Of a DNA stretch of 64,000 nucleotides, positions 42,142 through 53,224 are shown in pieces. A program made the translations under genes and the position numbers. Position 1 is the stretch's first letter, and every line of letters begins with the position of its first letter. Source of the DNA: Proteromonas lacertae (lineage: Eukaryota); the NCBI GenBank assembly GCA_002245135.1, contig NGBS01001167.1, positions 62,001 through 126,000 of the forward strand, given 5' to 3'. The notes below the pieces were generated by a model that was not told where the DNA came from, did no database searches, and saw only the letters and a program-made list of their open reading frames with translations.

Positions 42142-44580
42142 TTTTTAAAAATCAAAAATATATTCGTTTCATAAATAATTAAAAATGGAATTAGAAGAGA
42201 ATGAAGAAGAAAATGAGAATGTAATGTTGCTCATTAATATAAATTCAATAGAATGATGGTAATACAACAACCAATGTGAACGAATTCCTCCAAATTGTTC
42301 CTAGTTTTCTTATTTCTTCTGATTTATCCATTTATTTATCAAAGATTGATTCACTATTACAAAAGAATAGTTTGAGATCAATACCAAATGAATTTGAAAA
42401 GTATTTGAGTAAATATGACTGTAGCTAGTATAGAAATATATAAAAACATATTTTGTTTATGCAATGAGCAAGAATTAATATCTTCATTGAAAGCAAAGCT
42501 TTTGACAATAAATGAAGAAGCTTTTCTAGTTCCAGTGAGTTATTCAGTATCAGAAAGAGATGACGATAAAAACTACATTGAAATATGTGTTTGTGTATAT
42601 AATCATATGATTAATGTTTAGTTTTCTGAAGAAGTCAATACTAAATTATTACTTCCAAATAGTTTATTCTTAATATCAACATCTGTATGATTTATTTTAT
42701 ATTATATATATATATATATATATATAGAATAATAAAGAATATCCCAAATTCATGTTATTGCAAAAACAACAATCATATCAACAATATTCATTTATAATAT
42801 ATAATGATAGATTATTCTATGACAATATATTTTTTAGATATTTAAAAGAAGGATGTAATGATAAAGATAGTAATAATATAACATTGAGAATATATTATTG
42901 TAGTGATTTAACAACATATATAAGAGAGATGAATATACTAAACAATAGTGAAAATATAAGTGAGATAAAATATATTCTTAAACCATCAATGTATAAAACA
43001 CAATATAATGAAAGAACAGATAGAGAGAAATATAAAAAATACAAAGTATGAATATAAAAATGATAATTATTTAGTGTTTAAATGGATTGAATGATTCTCA
43101 ATACAACAGTTTTTTATCGTCACATAATAACAATATTGAATTGATAAGAGGACCTCCAGGAACAGGTAAAACAAGTACAATATGTTCATTACTGAGATAT
43201 TATATAGAAATATTGATTGTATAATTCCATTATTTATGTTTATTGATAGAATCATAAAAGACCAATTTTAGTATGTAGTCCAACGAATATAGCAATTGAT
43301 AATATATTAAAACAAATGAATAGTCATTATGAATTATCTAATGGAAATGTTTATTTACCCAAAATCCTAAGACTTGGAAATAGTGATGATGAAGAATGTA
43401 ATTGTTTTGAATTGAATGTATATATATATATATATTATATGATATAAATAATATAATAATATATATAGAGATTAATAAAAGAATATAAAGAAGAAAATGT
43501 ATATATATCATCATAGTTAAATATCATATATATCTATAGAATTGTAAAGATAATAGAATGATAGGTAAATTTATATATAATGAAATGAGTAGTAGTGATA
43601 TAATATGTAGTACTTTTAGTAGTTGCTACAATAAATTTCTTCAAAATATAAGTAAAGATATTCCATTACCATTAATAATAATGGATGAATGTGCAATGGT
43701 ATATCTGTTAATAAATATATATAATATGAATAGTCAACAGAACCATCTACTTTAATTCCATTATATATAAATCATAAATCGTTGATAATGGTTGGAGATG
43801 AAAATCAATTAAATGCAACAATCACAAATCCGTATATGCAAAATATAAATTTCAATCGAAGTTTATTTGAAAGATTAATAGTATAAATGATTATTATTAT
43901 TATATATGTTATGAATAATAGAATAATGATATTAAACCTATTCAATTGAATATTCAATACAGAATGCATCCTGAAATCTCTAGATTTCCATCATATTACT
44001 TTTATAATAAGAGTATAGAAGATTATTGTGAGTTAATAAACATTCGAAATAGTATTTATCATATTGATATTAATTACAAACCATATTTGTGGTTTAATGT
44101 GAATGGAGAATGCGAAGTAGAGAATGGATCAAATTCTTTGTATAATAAATATGAGATAAAAGCCATAATAAATCATCTGTTAGGATATTTGTATAGAGGA
44201 GGAAATAAATTGAATGATAGAATAGGAATAATAACTCCATATTCATGTCAAAAACATCTACTTGAATATTATATATCAATAAGTGAATTATGTAAATATA
44301 ATATAGAAATAGAAACAGTAGATGGATTTCAAGGAAGAGAGATGGAAATCATAATATTATCTATTTGTCGAAGTTTTGGAATAAGTAATAATTATGGATT
44401 TATAGATGATAAAAAGAGAATGAATGTGAGTATAAGTAGAAGTAAATGTAGTTTATGGATATTTGGGAATTGTGAATATTTAAAAAGCACTAGTAATTGG
44501 AAAGAGTTAGTAGATTATTCTTACAACAATGGATATATCAGAAGAGATTATGAAAATATAAATTTAGATTAGAATTAAAT
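42142..44580. repeat. Left arm of a near-identical inverted duplication (right arm 61572-64000, runs off the window)
   Basis: ORF translations are identical on opposite strands; the only differences detected are 6-nt and 4-nt length changes in intronic (TA)n tracts. Confidence 0.95.
42185..44572 (+). CDS. Sen1/senataxin-like (Upf1-family SF1) helicase, copy 1
   Basis: IPNEF..Y, RGPPGTGKT, LVCSPTNIAIDN, MDECAMSTEPSTLIPL, VGDENQL, RSLFERL, QYRMHPEI, GIITPY, TVDGFQGRE, RMNVSISR. Confidence 0.85.
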
Positions 44581-44972
44581 TATTTTTAAAATTAATATAA
44601 AAAATAATATTGTATGTAAATTAGAATTTTCATAAAAGAAATGTTTTATCTTGTTTTCTTTACATAAAGGTATAATGTAATAATACAAACTTTTTTATAA
44701 ACTGTACAACTCATTCAGAGGTAAATACAGACTGTACTGTATCAAATATAATCTTTATATAAGCATAGACTGTTAATGGTGTTTGTTTTCACAACTCAAA
44801 ATGGTTAGAAAGATATTCTATGAATCTATAACTATATTGAATGATTTATTGTAAATAAATGATTGATTTGAATAAATTAGCTCATTTATTATTCTTATAC
44901 TGTTAATTTAAATATTTATACACATCACAATATAACATCAATAATAACACAATTGTAATAATAAATAAATAA

Positions 44973-45650
44973 TTATTCTATTTCATTGACTTCTTCTCTA
45001 TACGCAACTTTTCTTGGAACTTTTACTTTTGTCACAGTGCATATCATTTCATTGTAAGATAAAGGCTGTAATTGATATCCATCTTCTGTAAATGCATTTA
45101 TAACACCTAAGTTATTCTTAGCTGTTGTTAAATTATAGGATTTTGAATCACCAAGTGATAAAATTTCTGCTTTTATCTATAAAATGAAAAAATGGTTATA
45201 TAAATCATACAATATCTCCTGGTCTATAACATTCATATATTTCAACTTTATCAATCTCAAAATCTCGAATATTTTCTTTTCGCAGAATACCTGAATAAGC
45301 ACTTTTAAGTGGAAGATCATTATCACACATAATATCAACTTGAACTACTCTTGCACTTATTGAATGTACTTTCCCTATAACAATGTCATTAACTGCAGGT
45401 ACTAAATCAACAAAATTTGAGTTATTTGTTCTAGTCACAGTAAATATTGGTTTATGACTTGCTAAAAAATAAAATACAAAAGCAATACAAGTATTATTAA
45501 CTTCACTCACATATCCTACAAGTGAGGAATATATAAAATTGTCTTTAATGAAAGTCCCTAAACCTGCATCATGTGTATTTAACTGTCCCAAACGATCTAA
45601 CAATTAAAAATAATTAGTATACCTCCTGGAACTACTAAATTTTCAGTCAT
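44973..45650 (-). CDS. CSL4: Exosome cap subunit Csl4
   Basis: MTENLVVPGDRLG...AGLGT...VPAVNDIVIGKV...GILRKENIR..EID...CYRPGDIIKAEILSLGD...LTTA.N.LGV...PRKVA; 26-nt first intron. Confidence 0.92.
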
Positions 45651-45727
45651 TAAAAAAATAGAATTGGGTTTATAAAACAATAATTTTCTTAAACCAGTTT
45701 TTTCTTTTTTTACTTTAACTTTACATA

Positions 45728-46041
45728 ATGACTACCAGTGAATCACCAGAAATCAAATTCACATCATGGTCACCAATTATTTCATGGTCATACAGATCAG
45801 ATCAAGATAACTGTCCAATATGTAAATCTACACTTCAAGCTCCTTGTTTAGATTGTTCAACCAATTCTACGGCAGATACGAACTGTACTGTATTTATATA
45901 TATGTTTATAATTTGTAGATTGCATGGGGTGTCTGTAATCATGCTTTTCACTTTCATTGCATCTCCCGTTGGCTGACAAAGAATGAAACATGTCCAATGG
46001 ACAATACAGAATGGCGTTATAGAGAATATTCGTCCACATAA
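45728..46041 (+). CDS. RBX1/ROC1-like RING-H2 protein; intron 45890-45918
   Basis: W...SW...DNCPICK...CLDC...[21 protein letters not shown]...CPMDNTEW. Confidence 0.88.
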
Positions 46042-46311
46042 TATATATTATATATTTTTTATTGTTAAGTATTTTTAATGTCATATTAACAGTAAACATA
46101 AGATAAAGAGTGGAATGAAGGAAAATATAAGGATAAAGGAATGATGAACATTTCCTTATTTTGCTATATTACAAAGCTGAAAGCATACATATGCGTTTCT
46201 ACATTTTGAATATGATAGTATCATTTAAAATGCTACACTCTATTTACAATAAAATAAGAAAGCTTGAGTAAATAGCTTGACAGTTTTTAAAAATCGTTAG
46301 TTTTAAATAGA

Positions 46312-47446
46312 ATGGTATATTGATTATATTAATTGAAATAGTCGCAAGTTACATATCCACTAAGACCAAAATCTGCAAATACTTTAAAATCAGAAGGAGG
46401 GTATTGAATTTGGTTTATTTGTTTAGGCAACTTAATATAGAAGACACAATAGTTTCAAAAAAACATGTATGCAATTAAAAAATCTATTGTTTTATAGAGA
46501 GCAGCATCTGCAGAAACTTATTCCAATAAACAACAATCAAACAAGAAAAAACACTATGTAGATAAAAAAGAGGTAGATATGTCTATAGTAGGAGAATCTA
46601 CCACAAAACAACAGAATATCAATAAAAGTATGAATATTATTAAATTACTCATATATAGAACATGTTATATCATCAGTTATTACTTCAAAAGAAACTCCCT
46701 CAACTATCAACACATCAGATGTACAAATCTCAGGAGGAAGGATAAGGCCAAAGAAGAAAAAGACAGTGAAAGATCTAATAGAAGCAAGTGAAGTAAGAGG
46801 TAATAGTAACAGCAGCAGTGACCCAATTCCAATAAGTAAACACAACATACATTATAGTCCTCCATCTGTAAAAATACCGTCAGAATCAGATTTAAAAAGA
46901 ATAAATGATAAAAAGAATGATAATTCATTCATTACTCCAGATCTGTCAGTTTGTTCATCAAATTCAAATACAAATTCATATACCACTCCAACTTCTCCAA
47001 TAATAACTCCAAAAATTCCAATAAAATCTATAAGTTATGCTCCTAAAACTCCATCTCAACCTAATAATCTAAAAAGACCAAATATTCAATCACATAATAC
47101 ACCTTCACCTCCTCTACAACAACAACAACAATATATAAAGCAATCACCACCTCATCATTATTCACCACCACAAAAGAATTCTAATCATTCAAGTGGTAAA
47201 ACATCTCCAATATATTCCCCAAAACATAGAGTAAGTAGTTATAAGAAGAATGAAGATGGAGTAACTATATTGGCTGATAATAGTTTCAGTCCATTATCTC
47301 AAAGTGGAGGATTATCACTCTCTTTATTATCAGATAGTTTTGAAAATGATCCATTTGGTAGTAGTGATAATGGCGAAAAGAATTTTTATTATGTTAGTCC
47401 TTGTAGATCGCTAGATTCTTCAACATCTAGTTTTTCTCAACAGTAG
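46312..47446 (+). CDS. Ser/Pro-rich low-complexity hypothetical protein; first coding exon is ATG only
   Basis: Four canonical introns join a continuous frame ending in ORF 46766-47446. Confidence 0.55.
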
Positions 47447-47621
47447 TAGAGTAATATAAGGAAATAATATTAATAATAATTAATTTGTATCTTTTTATTT
47501 ATATATTTTGATATGTGATTTTGTGTGTTTTTTTTAGTACAACCAAAAGAAAGAAGAAAATATGTATATGTTATTACATAATAAAAGAGTTAATAATATG
47601 ATTAATGAGAGTAATTTGTAT

Positions 47622-48452
47622 TTAATACACAATATCTAATAATTCCTCAATATCAGCTCTTTTATTAGGATCTGGATTTAATGAACGAATAATTATCTCT
47701 TTTACTTCTGGATAAAAATCCCAATCAGAATCATTCAAAAACAAATTGTTGTTATACATCTCTAAAAAGTGTTTAAAACTAAAGTCATTTATATTTGTAC
47801 TTGCAAATGGTAAATCTCCCATCATCAATGCATATAAATATAAGCCTAAACACCAAACATCATTCTTTTCTTCATTTCCTTTCTTTTCTTCTATACTTTC
47901 TATATATACAGCATGTTCAAAGTTTACTATTACAGGAAATAATCTATTCTTGTTATCTCTAGTAATAATGATGTTATTATCATTAATTTGGTTGTGAACA
48001 ATGTGATTCTTATGTATGTCATATACAATTTTTACTATCATTTTTGCTATCTCCAATTTTTCATTGTCTTCTAACTCGTTTTCCACTCTTTCATAAAATG
48101 GCATAACTAAATACATATATTCTTCGTCATAGTAAATATGAATAAGCCTTTCAACTCCCTCTACTCCTGCTGATTCTAGTTCTAGTAAAGATGTGATTAT
48201 TGTTTGTGAAGAGTCATATCCTTTCTCTAGTGAATTGTTAATATTCTGTGAGTATTTAATATTAAATATATATACATTTTTTGAGAATTTTTTTATTACT
48301 CTTATCTCTTCTGAGGTATCAGCTGCATTTCTTGCAAGCCAGATGTTTTTACTATCTTTAAAGCCTTTAGCTTCGATTCTATAATATATTTGAGAGATAT
48401 CATCCACATATTCTGCAAGCTGTATGTAATAATTGGAAGAATAACTTATCAT
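47622..48452 (-). CDS. Divergent pseudokinase
   Basis: Kinase fold motifs, but HRD>HNQ, DFG>NFE and a shortened activation segment; DVWCLG and DPNKR are retained. Confidence 0.7.
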   Translation of the reverse strand: MISYSSNYYIQLAEYVDDISQIYYRIEAKGFKDSKNIWLARNAADTSEEIRVIKKFSKNVYIFNIKYSQNINNSLEKGYDSSQTIITSLLELESAGVEGVERLIHIYYDEEYMYLVMPFYERVENELEDNEKLEIAKMIVKIVYDIHKNHIVHNQINDNNIIITRDNKNRLFPVIVNFEHAVYIESIEEKKGNEEKNDVWCLGLYLYALMMGDLPFASTNINDFSFKHFLEMYNNNLFLNDSDWDFYPEVKEIIIRSLNPDPNKRADIEELLDIVY

Positions 48453-48604
48453 CCAATTGATTGAAGCTTGAGTTTATAAAAAGCTTGAATGAATTTTTAC
48501 AATTACGTTGAAATACTTTACAATTTTTCTATGTAAAAATGTACTAGTAATGTGGGTATATATATAATAAACAATAAATAAGTAAATTAAAAACAACAAA
48601 TAAG

Positions 48605-49570
48605 TTAAAAACCAAAAATGTGTAAAATCTCTTCTGTAGTTGGTCTTTTATCAGGATTAGGATTGAGCATCTGCATTAAAGCTATTCTAATCCGATCATC
48701 TGGGAAATCATAACCTTCCAGAAATTTATTCTCTTCATACTCTCTCAAAAAGTTTTGATATGATAAATCATTCCTATTAACCCAAGCAAATGGACAATCT
48801 TCTAATATTAGTTGGTAAAGTAGGACTCCAAGACTCCAAACATCATATTTTATTAAATTAACTCCATATCTCTCTGCATCCTCCTCCATCAGTTCTGGTG
48901 GGTGATAAGCTCTCCTTTCTGCCCATCGAAATACTTTATTAACTATATTATTTGGACTTGAACTACCAAAATCTATAAATACTGGACAACCTTCTGTTCC
49001 TAATGCTTCAGGGTAGAAATTAGAAAATTCTCTAGGTGTTTCTGAACTTACCATTAAATTATTATAATTTATATCAAGGTGAGCATAACCTTTTGAATGA
49101 ATGTACTTTAAAGTAGAAATTATTTGAATGAAAAATATTGTAAATTCATCACTCTCAACATCTACTCCAACATCAAATATATTTTGATACTTCTCCAGTA
49201 TGAGAAAGTAGCAATCGTTATTTTCTATTAATTATATATTATTCAGACGTTATACTATATATATTTATTAGTCTTTGAATATTTGGATGCTGTATAGGTG
49301 TAGATAAATCTGTTAAAGCTTGAATTTCAACATGTGGATCATTTGCTTGTTGTTGAAATGCATTCTAACCAAAAATATTACCAAAAAATATACTTTATTA
49401 TATTGTTTAACAATTCTAGGAGTAGGATCTCCTTCTATGAAAGAAGCTTCTTTAATTGCAGGCCTTCCTGGCTCTTCTTCCCTCAATATACTTGTCACCA
49501 TCATTATCTCCTCCAGAGATTCTATCTCTTCATAGTCATCATCTACATCACCCACATCAAAATTTATCAT
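48605..49570 (-). CDS. Divergent protein kinase (tandem paralog of 47622-48452)
   Basis: IVK, HPNI, HLDINYNN, DFG, HPPE, DVWSLG, PDKRPT; no clear Gly-rich loop; 2 introns. Confidence 0.75.
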
Positions 49571-49606
49571 TTTGTGCAAATCTATTTTGAAATTATAATA
49601 TGAAAA

Positions 49607-51118
49607 ATGAATTCGTTACAGAAACAACAACTTCAAAGTTCGTATAGTTAGAGATATTATATAAGTAGAATACTAAAGGCAAATGAATTATTTCGTAACA
49701 AAGATTATTCAGAAGCTTTGAAACTATATCACAAAGTGTTATTTATCGATCGTCAGAATAAAGAGAGCCATATTCAGATTGGTGAAATATATCTAGCAAG
49801 ATGTGACTTTTCAGTATAATCAAATGTAATTTAATTTATGTTTAACATAGAATGCCATATTACACTGGAGAAAAGTATTAGAACTTGATGCTGAGAATTA
49901 TATAAAGACAAAGTTCGCAAATACATTATGTGCAATGGCTTGTATCCATTATGAAAGTAAAAGATATGAACAAGCAATTGTTCAGTTAAGTGAAGCAATA
50001 GAAATTCAAAGTCTAGAAGCTTCATTTTGGGTGTATCGTTCTCTATGTTATTTTGCTGTTCAAAAATATCCAGAAGCCTTAAGAGATATCAATACAGGAA
50101 TAGCTTTAGGAAGATATAAAAGAGCAGAAGTGTATTTATATCGTGCAAAACTATTAGAAACATTTACAAAGTATGATCAAGCTAAAAGTGATTATGAAAA
50201 GGCATGTGTATTGAATAGTAAACATCCTGATGTTATAGAATATAAGAATAGATTATTACTTAAATCTAAAGAAAAGTATATTCATTTATTTTTATTTTTT
50301 TATAGTTATGATAAAGCTGCTAATTTAATATTACAAGGTCAATGGGGTGAAGCATTAGACTGTCTATTAAAATCCAAACAAATTACTCCTAATAACGTAG
50401 AGATGTATATACTTCTAGCTCATTGTCACAGGGAATTAGGTTTATATGATGAAGCGTTGAATGATATAGAGACTGGAGAAAAGATACCGTCTATTAAATC
50501 ATATGCTAAGGATTTTTATCGACAAAGATCACTTGTATTTAATGATATGGCCTTGAATTTTAAAATAGCTGAAGATTATGATCAAGCTATTACTTATATG
50601 AATAAGGTAATAGAAATTGAGCAAAAATGGAATAAAGAAAAACCTGATTATAGATTTTTTATGAATAGAGGTGATATATATAGAACTATCTGTAATTATC
50701 AATTTGCCATAGCTGATTATCATAAAGCATTGGATTTAGATCCAAAGAATTGGGAATTGAAGACAAGATGTTCAATTATACACAATACCATAGGTGAAGA
50801 ATTGTATAATACCAAGCAATATGAACAAGCTATAGCTGCATTTAGTCAAGCTATTGATTGTAATCCAAAAGTAGCTCAGTATTACATAAATCGAGCTAAT
50901 TGTAACTTTTCGTTATATGTATATGGCTAGAAATTATTTTTTTAATAGAATTTCCCAGAAGCTTATATTGACTATAAGAGAGCTCAAGAAATAGATCCAA
51001 ACAATGCTCAAATTAGACTTGTATTTGTTTATTTGAATATATTCTACAATAGAAATTAAGTCAACTACAAGCAGAAGATTCAGAAGTGAAGAAGAAACCT
51101 GTTTCATTGTATAAGTAG
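49607..51118 (+). CDS. Tetratricopeptide repeat protein (TTC16-like)
   Basis: Multiple TPRs, e.g. FMNRGDIYRTICNYQFAIADYHKALDLDP and YEQAIAAFSQAIDCNP; 5 introns. Confidence 0.85.
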
Positions 51119-51284
51119 AATTATTTAAAACTACACTAATTTTATAAATTTTTGATTATAATGGGGATGAGTTTTGAAGTGTTTCAAAATTTAAAACTTA
51201 ATTCAAAAACTGAAAAAACTGCAAAACTAAATTGAAAAGAATGAAAGTTGAAACGGATCTTTTTAAGATTCATTTTTGAATAGT

Positions 51285-51815
51285 ATGACTCAGCAGTGTT
51301 TTAACACAAAAATAATGGATGTAATCACTGATTTGAAGATGCTAAACCCTACAAAAATTGGCTATCAGAAGCCTGGAATAGCTTACAAACTTCCTCCTGA
51401 ACAGTGGCATCAAATGTTTCATTTGATCGAAGTAACAGGCAATATTTCACTCATTTCAAGAATATATGAGATCAAGAGACAAACATTATCAAGAAAGTAT
51501 AGAGCTTGGAAGCAGAGGAGAGAAGATCCTTCAATTGACAAGAGAGGACATTCATCACGAGTGTTTTCAAAAGCTGATGAGATTATAATTATGAATCTCT
51601 TATGGAATCAAGCATCTGCTGTAGGTTCGAGTGTTGTTTTCACTGATGACTTCATTATGAACACTGCAATCTTTGTATATAACTTATTAAAGGTGCACAA
51701 ACCAATGAAGCCATTTTTAGCATGTTCTACATGGTCTCATGACTTTAAAAAGAGACATGGTTTGGTAATATCAAACAAACTGTCGAAATATTATCAGTGG
51801 AATATTGTATGCTAG
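51285..51815 (+). CDS. pogo/CENP-B-type bipartite HTH DNA-binding protein without DDE domain, copy 1
   Basis: psq-like HTH (ISRIYEIKRQTLSRKY), RGH..FS..DE, CENP-B HTH end FLACSTWSHDFKKRHG; intronless. Confidence 0.7.
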   Translation: MTQQCFNTKIMDVITDLKMLNPTKIGYQKPGIAYKLPPEQWHQMFHLIEVTGNISLISRIYEIKRQTLSRKYRAWKQRREDPSIDKRGHSSRVFSKADEIIIMNLLWNQASAVGSSVVFTDDFIMNTAIFVYNLLKVHKPMKPFLACSTWSHDFKKRHGLVISNKLSKYYQWNIVC

Positions 51816-51978
51816 TTTAAAATGTATATAAAATATTTATTTTATTAATTTTTAAATACTTAATAACTGTTCTGTTGATTTTTCACATTAAATAAAATTT
51901 GAGTTCTTAAATCCAACAAATTATGTAACTCTAGAATAAATCTATTTTCTTTTATCATAGGGTATGTTTTTATTATAT

Positions 51979-52073
51979 TTTCTTTGATATTTTTGTATTT
52001 TTGATTAAATCATTCCAAAACATTATCATCTTATTATATACTGCTAAACAGTTTTATTATGCATAAATGCCAT
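51979..52073. repeat. 95-bp non-coding direct repeat, copy 1 (copy 2 53052-53146)
   Basis: Gap-free alignment, 87/95 identical by manual count. Confidence 0.9.
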
Positions 52074-52515
52074 ATTATTTTAACTCTTATTGTGAAGATT
52101 TATAATTAATACAAATAGAGTCGTTACATTCTTATCATTTTTGCGAATTTCGTGTAATCTATACAATGTGCAAATGATTCTAACAATTAAATAGATTAGT
52201 TGCTATGACAGAAGTTGTACAGGATGATTAAAAAAGAATAAAGTAGTAGAAATGAAGTAAGTTGTAACTATTCATTTGTTGTAATTGTGAATGTAATACA
52301 AGTATACTATATGTGATGCTGATTTTATTAAAACTATATGCATCAAATATGAAGCAAATTTTCTTCAAATCATCGTAAGTCATGGAATATAACATTCTAT
52401 AAATGTGAAAATGTTTATGGAAATTAATTAATATTGTCGTGCCATTTTAAAGAAAATCAAATATGCTTAAGATAAAAGTTTGAGAAAATAAAAATTTCAT
52501 TATTTTTTTATCAAA

Positions 52516-53034
52516 ATGTCAAAGAAGAAAAATAAAGCTTGCAAAACTGCAAAGAGTGAAAAATTAAGAGAATTGGGAATAGAGGGTCGTGGTATACCAT
52601 ACAATATTTCATGTGAAAAATGGTTAAAATTATTTGCAGAGATAAAAAGAGTAGGAAATATTACCATAGTAGCAGAAAGGCATAAAATAGTAAGACAAAC
52701 ATTGTCTAGAAAATATAACGATTATATAAAATTTGGTATTGATCCAACTAAAGATGATAGGGGACACTGTAAAATGATATTCAGCTCAAGGGAAGAACTA
52801 ATTATATTTGATTCTTTGTGGAATTTTGGATTAAAATATGGATTTAAAAAAGCTTTTTCATTTGAATCTGTATCAACAGCTGCAGAGATATTATACAACA
52901 AATTAATACAAACAAAAGAAATGATTTCTCCATTTATTGCGTCTGTAGGTTGGGCTAACAATTTCAGAGAAAGACATGGAATTCATGTGTTTAACGACGA
53001 GAAAAAATATTACCAATGGGAAGCACTATTCTAA
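52516..53034 (+). CDS. pogo/CENP-B-type HTH DNA-binding protein without DDE domain, copy 2
   Basis: VAERHKIVRQTLSRKY, RGH..FS..EE, FIASVGWANNFRERHG, shared KYYQW end. Confidence 0.75.
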   Translation: MSKKKNKACKTAKSEKLRELGIEGRGIPYNISCEKWLKLFAEIKRVGNITIVAERHKIVRQTLSRKYNDYIKFGIDPTKDDRGHCKMIFSSREELIIFDSLWNFGLKYGFKKAFSFESVSTAAEILYNKLIQTKEMISPFIASVGWANNFRERHGIHVFNDEKKYYQWEALF

Positions 53035-53051
53035 TATAATTATTTTATTAC

Positions 53052-53146
53052 TTTCTTTGATATTTCTGTATTTTTGATAAAATTATTGTAAAACATTATC
53101 ATCTTATAATATACTGCTAAACGGTTTTATAATGCATAAATGCCAT
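53052..53146. repeat. 95-bp non-coding direct repeat, copy 2
   Basis: See 51979-52073. Confidence 0.9.
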
Positions 53147-53224
53147 GTTTCTAAAGGTATATATGCTTTGTTTAACACTTAATAAAATTATAGTCGTTTC
53201 TTATTTTTTCGTTTTATCTCTTTT

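Noticed and set aside
46135..46185. ATGATGA...CTGA (C/D-box snoRNA-like) downstream of the RBX1-like gene
   Set aside because: The boxes are only ~30 nt apart, with no terminal stem or recognisable rRNA complement; expected by chance. snoscan could test it.
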